This document shows positions 1 to 11,443 of a stretch of 64,000 bases of DNA, piece after piece. The number at the start of each line of letters is the position of its first letter. The first letter of the stretch is position 1. Both the position numbers and the translations under genes were made by a program. This DNA comes from an uncultured Candidatus Saccharibacteria bacterium. Its GTDB lineage: Bacteria; Patescibacteriota; Saccharimonadia; Saccharimonadales; AWTP1-31. A model generated the notes under the pieces. That model saw nothing but the letters and a program-made list of their open reading frames with translations. It did not search any database and was not told where the DNA came from. The DNA lies in the NCBI GenBank assembly GCA_964643545.1, contig CAZXTE010000001.1:19101-83100 (forward strand), written 5' to 3'.

Positions 1-1
1 G

Positions 2-145
2 GACAACTACGAAAAATACTGTTTTGTAAATTTAGCAGACACCGACATAAACGCTCAATGGCCAATCGCTCTTGATGAAGCCATCGTTAATGATCGAGAC
101 CGTAACCACCCCTTCCTTAAAGATATAAAGCCCTTGGAGATCTAA
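2..145 (+). CDS. rmlC: dTDP-4-dehydrorhamnose 3,5-epimerase, C-terminal fragment (5' end outside window)
   Basis: The frame is open from the window edge to TAA at 143-145 (..DINAQWPIALDEAIVNDRDRNHPFLKDIKPLEI*). The W-P ... x-D tail pattern is RmlC-like. It lies directly upstream of rmlD-rmlA. Only 48 codons are visible. Confidence 0.5.
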   Translation, partial: DNYEKYCFVNLADTDINAQWPIALDEAIVNDRDRNHPFLKDIKPLEI

Positions 146-146
146 C

Positions 147-1010
147 ATGATTATTGATGACTCAAAGGTATTCATTGTCGGTGCAAATGGACAACTCGGT
201 CGCGCCTTAAAAGCTCAATATCCAAATGCGCAGTCTGCCGATATAGATGAGCTTGATATTACAGATGCCGATAGCGTAAAAAAATACGACTGGTCAAAGA
301 TAGACATCATCCTCAATGCAGCTGCCTACACAAATGTAGACGGCGCAGAAACAGCAGAGGGTCGAATAGCCGCCTGGAATGTAAACGCAGCTGCCGTTAA
401 GAACCTTGCGTACGCAGTGTGGGAGCATCAGCTAAAGGCGATTGTTCACATTTCTACTGACTACGTCTTCGACGGAAGTAAAGATAACCATAAAGAGACT
501 GAGTTGTTTAGCCCATTGTCTGTATACGGTAGTAGCAAAGCGGCTGGCGACCTGCTCATTTCTCAAGTAGACAAGCACTATATCTTGCGCACTTCGTGGG
601 TCATTGGTGAGGGTAACAATTTTGTTCGTACCATGCTTGGCCTTGGGGAAAAGGGTGTTAACCCAACGGTTGTCGCAGATCAAATTGGTCGACTAACCTT
701 TACCTCCGAGCTCGTTCGAGCGATCGATCACTTACTCACAGCAGGTGCTCCGTTTGGAACATATAACGTCAGTAACGGCGGTGAACCAGCCAGTTGGGCG
801 AACATAACGAGAGAAATATTTAAAGTAGCGGGCTACAGCTTGCAAGTTACAGACACAACTACTGCCGAATACTACGCAGGAAAAGAAGGCATCGCGCCCA
901 GACCACTGAAGAGTACCCTGGACCTTGAAAAAATCCAGGCAACCGGTTTTGTGTCGCTTGATTGGCAGAAGGAACTTACAAAATATATTGCAAAGGAGCA
1001 GCAGCAATGA
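147..1010 (+). CDS. rmlD: dTDP-4-dehydrorhamnose reductase
   Basis: 287 aa. N-terminal Rossmann motif VGANGQLG and SDR catalytic YGSSKAAGD (YxxxK). RmlD-typical length. ATGA overlap with rmlA. Confidence 0.85.
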   Translation: MIIDDSKVFIVGANGQLGRALKAQYPNAQSADIDELDITDADSVKKYDWSKIDIILNAAAYTNVDGAETAEGRIAAWNVNAAAVKNLAYAVWEHQLKAIVHISTDYVFDGSKDNHKETELFSPLSVYGSSKAAGDLLISQVDKHYILRTSWVIGEGNNFVRTMLGLGEKGVNPTVVADQIGRLTFTSELVRAIDHLLTAGAPFGTYNVSNGGEPASWANITREIFKVAGYSLQVTDTTTAEYYAGKEGIAPRPLKSTLDLEKIQATGFVSLDWQKELTKYIAKEQQQ

Positions 1011-1870
1011 AAGGCATAGTACTAGCCGGCGGGTCGGGCACACGACTCTACCCAATCACCCAGGGAGTCAGCAAGCAGCTCATACCCATCTTCGACAAAC
1101 CAATGATCTACTACCCGCTCACTACCCTCATCAATGCAGGAATCCGAGAGATACTCATTATTTCAACGCCCCAGGACCTGCCAAGATTTGAACAACTGCT
1201 TGGAGACGGCTCACGTATCGGGTGTAGCTTTACATATAAAGTACAGGAGACGCCACGTGGGCTTGCGGATGCATACATCGTCGGTGCTGATTTTATAGGG
1301 ACTGATGACGTAGCCATGGTGCTTGGAGACAACATATTCTTCGGTAGCGATTTCGACAAAAAGGTTAAGTCGGCGACCAAAGACCTAGATGGTGGAGTTA
1401 TTTTTGGCCAACAAGTTGCCGATCCCGAACGTTATGGAATCGTAGAATTCGACAAAGAAAACAAGGTTGTTTCGATAGAAGAGAAGCCAACGGAACCCAA
1501 GTCAAACTATGCCATCCCAGGATTATACTTTTTCGATAATGACGTTGTTGAGATTGCCAAGCACGTACAACCCAGCAATCGGGGTGAAATAGAGATTACA
1601 GAAATTCATAACGCTTACCTAAAACAAGGTAAATTAAAAGTAAACTTGTTGGACCGTGGTACTGCCTGGCTCGATACAGGAACATTCAAAAGCCTGAACC
1701 AGGCATCACAGTTTGTGCAGGTCATAGAAGAACGCCAAGGCATTAAGATCGGTTGCATAGAAGAGGCAGCCTACCAGCAAGGCTTCATAGACCGTACCCA
1801 GCTTGAAGAACTCGGCAATGAGCTCCTCAAGAGTGGATATGGCAAATACTTATTAGCGTGTCTTGTATAG
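1007..1870 (+). CDS. rmlA: glucose-1-phosphate thymidylyltransferase
   Basis: MKGIVLAGGSGTRLYPIT nucleotidyltransferase signature at an internal ATG (1007) that overlaps the rmlD stop. RmlA-like along the full length. The upstream 15 codons of the track ORF are judged non-coding. Confidence 0.9.
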   Translation: MKGIVLAGGSGTRLYPITQGVSKQLIPIFDKPMIYYPLTTLINAGIREILIISTPQDLPRFEQLLGDGSRIGCSFTYKVQETPRGLADAYIVGADFIGTDDVAMVLGDNIFFGSDFDKKVKSATKDLDGGVIFGQQVADPERYGIVEFDKENKVVSIEEKPTEPKSNYAIPGLYFFDNDVVEIAKHVQPSNRGEIEITEIHNAYLKQGKLKVNLLDRGTAWLDTGTFKSLNQASQFVQVIEERQGIKIGCIEEAAYQQGFIDRTQLEELGNELLKSGYGKYLLACLV

Positions 1871-2300
1871 CATGGTTAAACTTAAAAACCTGATAACCTT
1901 TCTATACAATCATCATCTTATACGTTATTTATTTGTTGGAGGCACAACCTTCTTCATAGACTTCGGGCTTTTAGTTTTGCTACACGGCAAACTCAATATT
2001 GGTTTAGCAATTGCCGCTTCTACTTCTTACTGGGTATCAATTCTGTACAATTTTAATCTCAACCGAAACTGGACTTTTAGTGCGGCCGAAAGCAAAAAAC
2101 TCCACCAACATATTCTTCCCTACTCTATTCTCTTGTGTTTCAATTATCTCTTCACTGTACTTTTTCTGAGTTTGATTACGAGAGTCATTCATTATCAAGT
2201 GGCTAAAGTTATTGCAGTCGTCGTCCAAGTTGCCTGGACATATCCTATCTATAAATATGTCATATTCGGAACTTCGTCCGACAAAACTAACCCAGCTTAA
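1863..2300 (+). CDS. GtrA-family small membrane protein (polyprenyl-phosphate-sugar translocation family)
   Basis: 145 aa with four hydrophobic helices. It has the GtrA-type motifs RYLFVGGTTFFIDFGLL and YNFNLNRNWTF. Confidence 0.75.
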   Translation: MYSMVKLKNLITFLYNHHLIRYLFVGGTTFFIDFGLLVLLHGKLNIGLAIAASTSYWVSILYNFNLNRNWTFSAAESKKLHQHILPYSILLCFNYLFTVLFLSLITRVIHYQVAKVIAVVVQVAWTYPIYKYVIFGTSSDKTNPA

Positions 2301-3243
2301 GAGAATTCCGAAAGTACTCTATGGTTTTATCTAAGCCTTCATCTAGCTCAATGGTCGGCTCCCAATGAAGCCTTCTTTTAGCTAATTCTATAACGGGTTT
2401 TCTCTGAAGTGGGTCGTCACCTGGAAGGGGCATATACACCATTTTTGAGTCACTACCCACCTTTTTTAGAACTTTTTCCGCTAGCTCTAACATAGTGAAC
2501 TCGGCTGGATTGCCAAGATTTATTGGTGTCACTTCTTCAGACTCAATCAACTTTACGATCCCAGCAACAAGATCATCAACGTAGCAGAAGCTTCGAGTTT
2601 GAGTGCCATCACCATAGACAGTAATAGGCTCTCCTCTTAGGGACTGCACGATAAAGTTTGATACTACTCTCCCGTCGTTTGCATCCATACGTGGGCCATA
2701 CGTATTAAAGAATCTGGCAATGCACGCTGATACCTCTGGGTGCTTTTTGGTATAAGAGTATATGAGGGCTTCGGCATACCGCTTAGACTCGTCGTACATG
2801 GCACGTGGGCCATAACAGTTAACGCTGCCTTTATAGGTCTCCGGTTGTGGGTGTACCTCAGGATCACCATAAACTTCGCTTGTACTTGCATGGAAGAAAC
2901 GTGCCTTATTTTTTTTCGCCAGATCTAGCAGCCTGAGCGTACCTTCAGACCCAACCCTTAGTGTTTCGATGGCAAGTCTTTGGTAATGTGGTGGGCTTGC
3001 GGGTGAAGCCATATTAAGAATAATGTCGTAAGATCTGTCGGTGACACTGTCTGGCAATTCTGACACAATGTCTGCCTCGATAAACGTAAATTGCTTGTTA
3101 TCTATAAGGTGCGTTACATTTTTCTTAGTACCCGTTGAAAGGTTATCCAAGCAGATTACGGAGTCTCCCTTGCCAATAAAGTAGTCGCAAAGATGTGATC
3201 CAAGAAACCCAGCACCACCCGCGATTAAAACCGACCTAGACAT
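2287..3243 (-). CDS. UDP-glucuronate decarboxylase-like NAD-dependent epimerase/dehydratase (SDR)
   Basis: GGAGFLGSHL Rossmann motif and YDESKR catalytic YxxxK. UXS/ArnA-C-like pattern. Start taken at MSRSVLIAGG (3243), 8 nt overlap with the ugd stop. Confidence 0.75.
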   Translation of the reverse strand: MSRSVLIAGGAGFLGSHLCDYFIGKGDSVICLDNLSTGTKKNVTHLIDNKQFTFIEADIVSELPDSVTDRSYDIILNMASPASPPHYQRLAIETLRVGSEGTLRLLDLAKKNKARFFHASTSEVYGDPEVHPQPETYKGSVNCYGPRAMYDESKRYAEALIYSYTKKHPEVSACIARFFNTYGPRMDANDGRVVSNFIVQSLRGEPITVYGDGTQTRSFCYVDDLVAGIVKLIESEEVTPINLGNPAEFTMLELAEKVLKKVGSDSKMVYMPLPGDDPLQRKPVIELAKRRLHWEPTIELDEGLDKTIEYFRNSLKLG

Positions 3244-4561
3244 ATGGGTCCACCAACCGCCTACCAATACTTTGGTAGTAAATTCCATGTTCTTCCATCG
3301 TTACTAAATCATATAGGTTCCTGCCATCAAAAACGACGGGGGCTTTAAGAAGCTCTTTGATCCTATTAAAGTCAGGGCTAAAAAACTCTTTCCAGTTAGT
3401 TGCAATGATCAGTGCATCAGCCCCATCAAGCACTTCGTACTCATCCTCGCCATAGCTAAGCCTTGGGTTGTCTGCCATCGCCTTCTTTACGTTTCCCATT
3501 GCTTGTGGGTCAAAAGCAACGACATTAGCACCCTGGCTCGTCAGTGATTCAATTATGGCAAGTGCTGGTGACTCACGTATATCGTCCGTATTGTCCTTAA
3601 AAGCAAGACCCCACAATGCAAATGTCTTACCCTCAACATTGCCCTCAAAATACTCCATAACTTTTTCTGGAACAACTAGTTTCTGGCGATCATTTGCCCC
3701 CATAACAGCCTCTAGGATACTAAAATCAAAACCACAATCTTCTGCTGTCTTGCTTAATGCCAAGACATCCTTTGGGAAACAGCTGCCACCGTAGCCTGGG
3801 CCTGCGTAAAGAAATTGATCACCTATCCGACTATCGGTACCCATCCCTGCCCGCACCATATCGACATCTGCACCAAGCAATGAACACATACCAGCAATCT
3901 GATTTATAAAACTAATCTTTGTTGCCAAGAAAGCATTCGATGCATACTTAATCATTTCTGCAGATGCTTCATCGGTTACGATAAGACTTTCTGGCTTCCT
4001 TCTGACAAATGGAGCATAAAGTTCTTTCATGACCCTGATCGCTCTGTCAGATTTACTACCTATAACCACTCTTTCAGGTGCAAGAAAGTCTGCAACTGCC
4101 TGCCCTTCTCTCAAGAACTCTGGGTTAGAGACTACATCAAAGTCGACTTTGGCGTTAACGGCAATTGCTTGCCTAACCTTTTCCGCAGTTCCCACAGGCA
4201 CTGTACTCTTGTCTACAATTACCGAGTAGCCCGCAAGCTTCTGCCCGATGTTGTCTGCAACGCCTAGAATATACGACAAGTCTGCGGAGCCATCTTCATC
4301 AGAAGGTGTTGGAAGTGCTAAGAAGATTGCTGCAGCGCCAAGAGCCTCTTCCAGATCGGTTGTAAAAGTTAAACGGCCTTCTTTGACGTTACGCTGAAAT
4401 ATATCGCCCAATCCTGGCTCAAAAATTGGCACTTCTCCAGCCTGCATTCTATGGACTTTTTCTCTATCAATATCTACACAGGTGACTTCGTTGCCCATCT
4501 CAGCGAAACAGGTACCCGTCACCAAACCAACGTATCCGGTTCCTACAACAGCAACTTTCAT
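3236..4561 (-). CDS. ugd: UDP-glucose 6-dehydrogenase
   Basis: 441 aa. MKVAVVGTGYVGLV N-terminus and GGSCFPKD catalytic-Cys motif. Forms an operon with the downstream decarboxylase. Confidence 0.85.
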   Translation of the reverse strand: MKVAVVGTGYVGLVTGTCFAEMGNEVTCVDIDREKVHRMQAGEVPIFEPGLGDIFQRNVKEGRLTFTTDLEEALGAAAIFLALPTPSDEDGSADLSYILGVADNIGQKLAGYSVIVDKSTVPVGTAEKVRQAIAVNAKVDFDVVSNPEFLREGQAVADFLAPERVVIGSKSDRAIRVMKELYAPFVRRKPESLIVTDEASAEMIKYASNAFLATKISFINQIAGMCSLLGADVDMVRAGMGTDSRIGDQFLYAGPGYGGSCFPKDVLALSKTAEDCGFDFSILEAVMGANDRQKLVVPEKVMEYFEGNVEGKTFALWGLAFKDNTDDIRESPALAIIESLTSQGANVVAFDPQAMGNVKKAMADNPRLSYGEDEYEVLDGADALIIATNWKEFFSPDFNRIKELLKAPVVFDGRNLYDLVTMEEHGIYYQSIGRRLVDPYV

Positions 4562-4712
4562 ATGTTACCAACATTTATACCAAAGATAGTGGCGGTTATA
4601 AAGATGTAAACGATGAATGTTTGAATTCTACAACAACGCCATAGCACTAGTTACAATTCTGTTTTGTGGGGCACATTATGTTAGGATAAATGTACAATTA
4701 AACTTATCCGCG

Positions 4713-5441
4713 ATGGCTAAAACAGTAAAACTTTCAATAATTATTCCTTGTTTCAACGAAAAGGAGACAATCTTAACAATACTTCAAGAGATTGAGGACG
4801 TTCATCTAGGCTCTACTAAAAAAGAGATCATCATTATCGATGATGCCTCAACTGATGGTACACGAGAAATATTAACTCGTGTAGCTAGCAAAAACAAAAA
4901 CATAAAACTTCATTTTCAAAGTGTCAACCAAGGAAAAGGGGCTGCTTTGAAAAAAGGACTCCTATCTAGCACTGGGGATGTTGTGATCATCCAAGATGCA
5001 GATCTCGAATATGACCCCCAGGAATATGTACGCTTGCTCTACCCCATAGAGAGAGGCCACGCCGACGTAGTATACGGCTCACGATTTATTGGGGGTGAAC
5101 CACACAGAATTATTTATTTCCGTAATCAAGTTGCCAATAAGTTCTTAACCTGGCTATCGAATATTTTTACGGGTCTAAATCTAACGGACATGGAGACTTG
5201 TTACAAAATGATAGATGGTGAACTTGCGCGTATGCTCGCAAAAGACTTGAAGTCACAAAGATTCGGGTTTGAACCTGAAATTACTGCTCGCATTGCTAAA
5301 AATGGAGCTCGCGTCTATGAGATCGGCATCAGTTACTATGGGCGCAGTAAAGAGGAGGGCAAGAAGATTGGTTTTCGTGATGGCTTTAAAGCTATCTGGG
5401 AGATTGTTTATTTTAACCTGAGCGTACGCAAAAAACGATAA
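4713..5441 (+). CDS. GT2 polyprenyl-phosphate glycosyltransferase (GtrB/Dpm1/CsbB-like)
   Basis: [21 protein letters not shown] and QDADLEYDP (DxD) motifs. Start taken at [11 protein letters not shown] (4713). Confidence 0.8.
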   Translation: MAKTVKLSIIIPCFNEKETILTILQEIEDVHLGSTKKEIIIIDDASTDGTREILTRVASKNKNIKLHFQSVNQGKGAALKKGLLSSTGDVVIIQDADLEYDPQEYVRLLYPIERGHADVVYGSRFIGGEPHRIIYFRNQVANKFLTWLSNIFTGLNLTDMETCYKMIDGELARMLAKDLKSQRFGFEPEITARIAKNGARVYEIGISYYGRSKEEGKKIGFRDGFKAIWEIVYFNLSVRKKR

Positions 5442-7675
5442 ATATACTTTTTCCCCAAGGCCTGTGCTTCTCCAAGATTAAGATAGCCGCCAATCGTTAA
5501 CAATAGACCGGCGGCAAAAAGCCCATAACTTATATTCACATACGGTGGGCTGTACGAAAAATAGGTCTTTGACTTTCCCGCTGGCACAGCGACTGCCTGA
5601 AAGATATCTTTCTCTGTTTGGATGGGCCTACTAATATCGTTTACTTTTACTCGCCAACCCGGAAAAGAAAGCTCGCGTCTTATTATGGTCGTCTCTTTTG
5701 GGCAGTCTGCTTCTACAACATCCCTAGATGTATATGTTAATTTGCAATTTGCAATGCTTTCAAAATAGCCTTTCGAGTTTGGTAGTTCAAAAATCTCAAC
5801 AGTTTCGTCGCGGTGAACAAGTTTTAGCCCAAAACTATTACTAAACTTTTCACTAACCTGACCCCGATCTGTGACTAGATATTTAACGCTCAGATTCTCA
5901 AACTCTTTGATATTCCTTCCAAACTCTTCCAAAGCACTTGGCCCCAATGGATCAACACGTGAATAGCCCGTAAAGACTAGCGCGTTAGCGTTTCGATCTA
6001 ATTTATCTGGTATATATTCTGCCCAGTTCTTGGGTACAGGTAAGTTATTCACGTTGATTGACGCTATCTCATAATATGAACCGTAGTTCGGCGCAATTGG
6101 GTGAAGTGTATAGAATCGACTAACCCCTATGTTTTTTTGCAAAAAACTAACGGGCTTCGTGTTTACTTCTGGGATATTTGGCAACGACAGAAATGGGATC
6201 ATAAACAGTACAGCCGAATCAATCAATAATATGAAACCTATCGATTTACTACGCCATTCTTTTTTCAAGAAACAGGCAACAGCAATGCCCACAATCGTCA
6301 TTCCCCACACCACCGACAATACAGCCCAGGAATGATGAGACGAATAATCACCTAGCTGCCGAACTAGATTTCGCGCATAAAGTGCCAAGGAAGCCAAAAA
6401 AAATACAGCAAAGCCAGTTGCTCCGATTATTCTTTTCTTAGTAATCTCTGCTTTTTTGATTGCCTCTAGCCCAAACATGGCTAGAATAATTAAAGCCAGG
6501 CTTAGTGCAGGTATAGAATATCTGTAAAAAGCTATTAACTTCATTCCGGGCAGGACATTAACCATATACTCAACTGGCTTAAATCCGTATATTTTCAAAA
6601 TTATAACCAGCGAGAATGTAGAAAGGTAAAGTTTGTGAGCCAATCGTCTTCTGGAAAATAAACCAAGGAGTGCGGATGTAATAAGAGGCATGGAGATATA
6701 CCCCCCCACATTTGACCAAAATAGAAATATAGCAAGTGCCTTCCCTGTGTCAGAAAAACCAAAAATTGGGCCATAAATATACGGCATAAATAGAGCCGGC
6801 AACGTCTTTATATTGAGTGATACATGGGCATACCCACTGTCCGAGTGGCCACCAGTAGTTGCGTGAGGCAAATACCCCAGGAATGGAACAAGAATAGGAG
6901 CTGACAATAGCAAGCCCAGAATACTAGCAAATAACAGTTTGTAGATAAAAGGCTTCCAGGCACTCCTCTTTATTTGAATCATACGAACAACACCCCAGCC
7001 ATATGCAAATAGTGCGTTAATGTAAGCTGTTTCTGGGAAACCGGAGTACAACGAAAGACTCAGCGCTAACGCAATAACCAGCCATCCACCCCGTCGTTTT
7101 TTCTCAGCTCGGATAAGTGCTACTTCGATGCCCAGTAGCAGCATAGGTAAAAAAGCTATTGGATTAAAAGCAGCATTGGTTAGCCAGGCAAATGCCCCAT
7201 TCAATGCAAAAAGAATTCCACCAATTATAGCTATACTCGAGCTGAGTTTTATTTTTCTCAGTAATAGATAAGTAGTAAACCCAGCAATAAGTTGCAAAAA
7301 AAAGTGCATAATTATGAATCCATTTCCAAAGTACAGCAATAGTACAAGGGGGAAGAACGCTGCTGACTGCATACCCCCAGCCAGTGGTGAACCAATGCCC
7401 TCATAATGGTTCCAGTAGGGTACATCCCCCTGCAGCCAACTCTGGGCCGCCCTGCGGCCAAGCGCTTGAGAAGTAAAACCGTCGTTTGGGTCAATAGTGC
7501 TCTGGCCCCCAACAGGTCCGGGGGTAATACTTGTTGCCAACCCTGAGCGTTGTAGAATGGGGTTCCTGCTTTTGCCCATTATCAGTGGGGTCAAGTTTAT
7601 TAGAAGGATAGCAAGGAATACTACCAAGAATGGCTTTGTGTGTTCTGATTGAAATAATCGCTTAATTCTTGTCAT
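5408..7675 (-). CDS. large polytopic membrane protein, YfhO-like GT-C glycosyltransferase candidate
   Basis: About 755 aa. It has more than 12 N-terminal TM helices, a soluble C-terminal domain of about 200 aa and a final TM (YfhO-like topology). It is convergent with, and overlaps, the GtrB-like gene. Confidence 0.55.
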   Translation of the reverse strand: MTRIKRLFQSEHTKPFLVVFLAILLINLTPLIMGKSRNPILQRSGLATSITPGPVGGQSTIDPNDGFTSQALGRRAAQSWLQGDVPYWNHYEGIGSPLAGGMQSAAFFPLVLLLYFGNGFIIMHFFLQLIAGFTTYLLLRKIKLSSSIAIIGGILFALNGAFAWLTNAAFNPIAFLPMLLLGIEVALIRAEKKRRGGWLVIALALSLSLYSGFPETAYINALFAYGWGVVRMIQIKRSAWKPFIYKLLFASILGLLLSAPILVPFLGYLPHATTGGHSDSGYAHVSLNIKTLPALFMPYIYGPIFGFSDTGKALAIFLFWSNVGGYISMPLITSALLGLFSRRRLAHKLYLSTFSLVIILKIYGFKPVEYMVNVLPGMKLIAFYRYSIPALSLALIILAMFGLEAIKKAEITKKRIIGATGFAVFFLASLALYARNLVRQLGDYSSHHSWAVLSVVWGMTIVGIAVACFLKKEWRSKSIGFILLIDSAVLFMIPFLSLPNIPEVNTKPVSFLQKNIGVSRFYTLHPIAPNYGSYYEIASINVNNLPVPKNWAEYIPDKLDRNANALVFTGYSRVDPLGPSALEEFGRNIKEFENLSVKYLVTDRGQVSEKFSNSFGLKLVHRDETVEIFELPNSKGYFESIANCKLTYTSRDVVEADCPKETTIIRRELSFPGWRVKVNDISRPIQTEKDIFQAVAVPAGKSKTYFSYSPPYVNISYGLFAAGLLLTIGGYLNLGEAQALGKKYIYRFLRTLRLK

Positions 7676-7820
7676 ATTTTCCCCAATATTATGCCACAGG
7701 TACGTCAACATACATTCATTATGAGTCACTTTTGTGCAACGGTGTCGGTATTCGGATATGAAGCTAGTTACGCTATAATGGTCTATGTTATAAAAATGGA
7801 ATGGAGAGGTTTTTTATAAG

Positions 7821-8867
7821 ATGAAGGTTTTAATAACCGGTTCTGCTGGTCTGATTGGCTCAGAAGCTGCAAAATTCTTTGCTGAAAAGGGTTTTGAGGT
7901 TGTGGGCATTGACAACAATATGCGTAGTTACTTCTTTGGTGAGGAAGCAAGTACCGAGTGGAATCGAAAGAAAATTGAAACGCAGCTCAATAAAGCCTAC
8001 ACGCACTATAACGTCGATATCCGTGATAACGATGCGGTGGGCAAGATTTTTAAGAAACATAAATTTGATCTAATTATTCATACCGCCGCTCAACCCTCTC
8101 ACGACTGGGCAGCACGCGAGCCGTTTACTGATTTTACGGTTAACGCTAACGGCACACTTGTAATGTTAGAGAACATGCGGCAATTCTGTCCTGAAGCAGT
8201 GTTTATTTTTACCTCTACCAATAAAGTATACGGGGACACACCCAACAACCTTCCTTTGATCGAACTAGATAAGCGCTGGGAACTCCCCGAAGATCACAAG
8301 TTTTACAAGGGCATAGACGAAACAATGAGTATTGACGATTGTAAGCACTCAATTTTTGGTGCATCTAAAGTTGCGGCTGACATCATGGTTCAGGAGTATG
8401 GGAAATACTTTGGCTTCAAGACTGCAGTCTTCCGTGGTGGCTGCCTAACCGGACCATCCCATTCTGGCGCAGAGCTGCATGGCTTTTTAGCTTATCTAAT
8501 TAAGTGTATTGCGAGTGGCAAAAAGTACACGATCTTCGGCTACAAAGGCAAGCAAGTACGTGACAATATTCACTCTCACGATCTCGTAAATGCCTTTTAC
8601 CATGTGTATAAAAAACCTCGTTCTGGCGAAGTCTACAATATGGGCGGTAGTCGTAACTCCAACATATCCATGCTAGAAGCCATCGAAAAAATAGAGAAGT
8701 TATTGGGGAAAAAGGCAAACTACGAACTTTCAGACGAAAATCGTATCGGTGATCATATCTGGTATATATCAGACGTCTCTAAATTCCAAAAACACTACCC
8801 GAACTGGAAGTTCGAATACGATACAGATGCCATCCTAAAAGAGATGTGCGCAGCGGTGCGAGTCTAA
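7821..8867 (+). CDS. NAD-dependent epimerase/dehydratase, CDP-paratose 2-epimerase-like SDR
   Basis: [11 protein letters not shown] Rossmann motif, FGASKVAAD YxxxK-type motif and [23 protein letters not shown] sits upstream of the ATG. Confidence 0.75.
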   Translation: MKVLITGSAGLIGSEAAKFFAEKGFEVVGIDNNMRSYFFGEEASTEWNRKKIETQLNKAYTHYNVDIRDNDAVGKIFKKHKFDLIIHTAAQPSHDWAAREPFTDFTVNANGTLVMLENMRQFCPEAVFIFTSTNKVYGDTPNNLPLIELDKRWELPEDHKFYKGIDETMSIDDCKHSIFGASKVAADIMVQEYGKYFGFKTAVFRGGCLTGPSHSGAELHGFLAYLIKCIASGKKYTIFGYKGKQVRDNIHSHDLVNAFYHVYKKPRSGEVYNMGGSRNSNISMLEAIEKIEKLLGKKANYELSDENRIGDHIWYISDVSKFQKHYPNWKFEYDTDAILKEMCAAVRV

Positions 8868-9934
8868 TGCATTATAAAAACATACTCATTACAGGTGGCG
8901 CTGGGTTTGTAGGCTCTAATTTAGCGCTAAAATTAAAAAGCGACTACCCCGAAGTGCATATTATTGTACTCGACAACTTAAAGCGTCGCGGTTCAGAACT
9001 ATCATTGGCGCGCTTAAAAAGCGCTGGCATCGATTTCGTTCATGGCGACATCCGTAACCGAGAAGATTTAGTGGTTGATAGTATTGATCTACTAATCGAA
9101 TGCTCTGCCGAACCGTCTGTTATGGCCGGGATCGATTCTTCGCCAGACTATTTAATGAACACTAACTTGGTTGGAACGCTCAATTGTTTAGAATTAGCAC
9201 GCCACCATAACGCAGCTAGTTTATTCCTATCTACCAGCCGCGTGTACCCCATAAGCCATATTAATAACCTGCAGTTCAAAGAGTCGAGCACACGATTCGA
9301 AATTCTCGATTCTCAAAAAATTCTTGGCGCTTCATCAAAGGGCATTGCTGAAAATTTTCCGCTCGACAGACCACGCTCTCTCTATGGAACAACAAAACTG
9401 GCTTCTGAGATGGTCGTGGCAGAATATATCGATACGTACGGCATGAAAGCAATTGTTAATCGCTGTGGTGTCATTACTGGTCCGTGGCAAATGGGCAAGA
9501 TCGACCAAGGTGTCTTCGTCCTGTGGGTTGCTAAACACTACTTCAAGCAATCGCTGTCCTATATAGGCTATGGTGGTGAAGGAAAACAGGTCCGTGACTT
9601 TATCCATATTGATGATTTGTATACGGCCATAGACCACCAACTCGCGCACTTCGATGATTACAATGCTGGAGTCTTTAATATTGGTGGTGGTGCAGCCAAT
9701 AGCGTGTCTCTCAAGGAGCTGACTACCTTGTGTCAGGAAATTACAGGAAATACGATCAATATTGCTTCCATCAAAGAAGACCGCCCAGCTGATCTGCGGT
9801 TCTTCATTACAGACAGCACGAAATTTCTGGAGAAATCAGGTTTATCGTGGAACAAAGATGCGCGTCAAACGGTTACTGATATTTACAAATGGATTCGCGA
9901 TAATGAAGCGGCCCTAAGACCAATCTTGGCCTAG
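8867..9934 (+). CDS. NAD-dependent epimerase/dehydratase, CDP-paratose 2-epimerase-like SDR (tandem paralog)
   Basis: ITGGAGFVGSNL, YGTTKLASE, DQGVFVLWV and GEGKQVRDFIHIDDL motifs. TAATG overlap with the preceding gene. Confidence 0.75.
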   Translation: MHYKNILITGGAGFVGSNLALKLKSDYPEVHIIVLDNLKRRGSELSLARLKSAGIDFVHGDIRNREDLVVDSIDLLIECSAEPSVMAGIDSSPDYLMNTNLVGTLNCLELARHHNAASLFLSTSRVYPISHINNLQFKESSTRFEILDSQKILGASSKGIAENFPLDRPRSLYGTTKLASEMVVAEYIDTYGMKAIVNRCGVITGPWQMGKIDQGVFVLWVAKHYFKQSLSYIGYGGEGKQVRDFIHIDDLYTAIDHQLAHFDDYNAGVFNIGGGAANSVSLKELTTLCQEITGNTINIASIKEDRPADLRFFITDSTKFLEKSGLSWNKDARQTVTDIYKWIRDNEAALRPILA

Positions 9935-9937
9935 CGC

Positions 9938-10681
9938 ATGAAGTTATCGATTGTCATACCGGCACACAACGAAGAGGGCTCTATTGCAACCACCGTCAAC
10001 GCTTTTCATACGGAACTTACCAAGGCAAAAATCCCGCACGAAATACTTGTGGTTAACGACAACAGCAAAGATAAAACTGAAAAAATATTAAAAAACATCT
10101 GCAAAAAAATACCCGAGGTGCGCTACGTAAACAACGTTCCGCCCAATGGTTTTGGGTTTGCTGTGCGAAAAGGGCTGGAATCATACACCGGTGACTGCGT
10201 GGCGCTGGTCATGGCTGACATGTCCGACCGCCCTATGGATCTCGTTGCTTATTATCGAAAAATGATCGAGGGCAACTACGACGCCGTTTTTGGCTCCCGT
10301 TTTATAAAAGGTGGCAAGACTATTAACTACCCACGTACAAAGCTCCTTATGAATCGCTTGACCAACAATATAATAAAGATCCTGTTCGGCATTCGCTTCA
10401 ATGATGTCACCAATGCCTTTAAGCTCTACAAGAGAGAAACCATAGAAGGCGTAAAGCCATTCCTAAGTCATCACTTTAACCTAACGGTAGAACTCCCCCT
10501 CAAAGCGATTGTTCGTGGATACTCGTACGGTGTGGTGCCTAATTATTGGACCAACCGCACAACCGGCGAGGCAAAGCTTAAACTGAAGGAGATGGGAAGT
10601 CGATATTTCTATATAATTCTATATTGCTTGATAGAGAAGTGGTTATCACGTGGTGATTATAAAAAACCTAACTCACCATAG
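9938..10681 (+). CDS. GT2 polyprenyl-phosphate glycosyltransferase (second GtrB/Dpm1-like)
   Basis: LSIVIPAHNEE, LVVNDNSKDKT and VMADMSDRP motifs, with a C-terminal hydrophobic segment. Confidence 0.8.
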   Translation: MKLSIVIPAHNEEGSIATTVNAFHTELTKAKIPHEILVVNDNSKDKTEKILKNICKKIPEVRYVNNVPPNGFGFAVRKGLESYTGDCVALVMADMSDRPMDLVAYYRKMIEGNYDAVFGSRFIKGGKTINYPRTKLLMNRLTNNIIKILFGIRFNDVTNAFKLYKRETIEGVKPFLSHHFNLTVELPLKAIVRGYSYGVVPNYWTNRTTGEAKLKLKEMGSRYFYIILYCLIEKWLSRGDYKKPNSP

Positions 10682-10780
10682 TTTCTGAGTTTATCAACAA
10701 TTCGTTGTATTTCCTTCTATATGCCAGAACGCTTTTTTAAGCTACTATACCTATTAAGATAATTATGGAGATGTTGCTTG

Positions 10781-11443
10781 ATGAAAGATTACGTACTTTC
10801 CATTTACGCTGATCGCTTTGATAAGGACGAGCAAAAACGTAAGGTAATGTGGCAGGTTCTCTGCAATGACTACTTTCAAAAGTTCATTGGCAAGAAAGAT
10901 GTCGTTCTTGACCTTGCTGCAGGATACTGTGAGTTTATTAATAATATAAAGTGCGGGAAGAAAATTGCTGTCGACCTAAATATGAAAACCAAGCAGAAGG
11001 CTGCAAAAAATGTAACAGTATACCGAGCGCTCAGTACCGCCCTGCCTAAAAAACTAACCGGTTCGGTGGATGTAGTATTTACCAGTAACTTCTTCGAGCA
11101 TTTAGATAGCAAAAATGAACTAATTGATACTCTAAAAGAGATACACCGAGTACTGAAACCAGGTGGTAAACTTATGGTTTTACAGCCCAATATTCGACTC
11201 GTCGGTAATCAGTATTGGGACTACGTTGACCACACATTGCCATTAACTGAAAAGAGTCTTGAAGAAGCTTTTCACTTAACTGATTTTGAACAATGGTTTC
11301 GTAAAGTAAGGTTTTTGCCATTTACAGCAAACTCACGTATGCCGGCGTATCCATTTCTAATTCGTCTGTATCTTCGACTTCCATTGGCTCAGTTTATTAT
11401 GGGTAAACAAACTTTTGTTATAGCTAAAAAAGTTAAGGCTTAG
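10781..11443 (+). CDS. class I SAM-dependent methyltransferase
   Basis: Motif I VLDLAAGYCEF and post-I/II LKPGGKLMVLQPN. The ATG at 10781 is preferred over the TTG at 10778, with GGAG 10 nt upstream. Confidence 0.7.
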   Translation: MKDYVLSIYADRFDKDEQKRKVMWQVLCNDYFQKFIGKKDVVLDLAAGYCEFINNIKCGKKIAVDLNMKTKQKAAKNVTVYRALSTALPKKLTGSVDVVFTSNFFEHLDSKNELIDTLKEIHRVLKPGGKLMVLQPNIRLVGNQYWDYVDHTLPLTEKSLEEAFHLTDFEQWFRKVRFLPFTANSRMPAYPFLIRLYLRLPLAQFIMGKQTFVIAKKVKA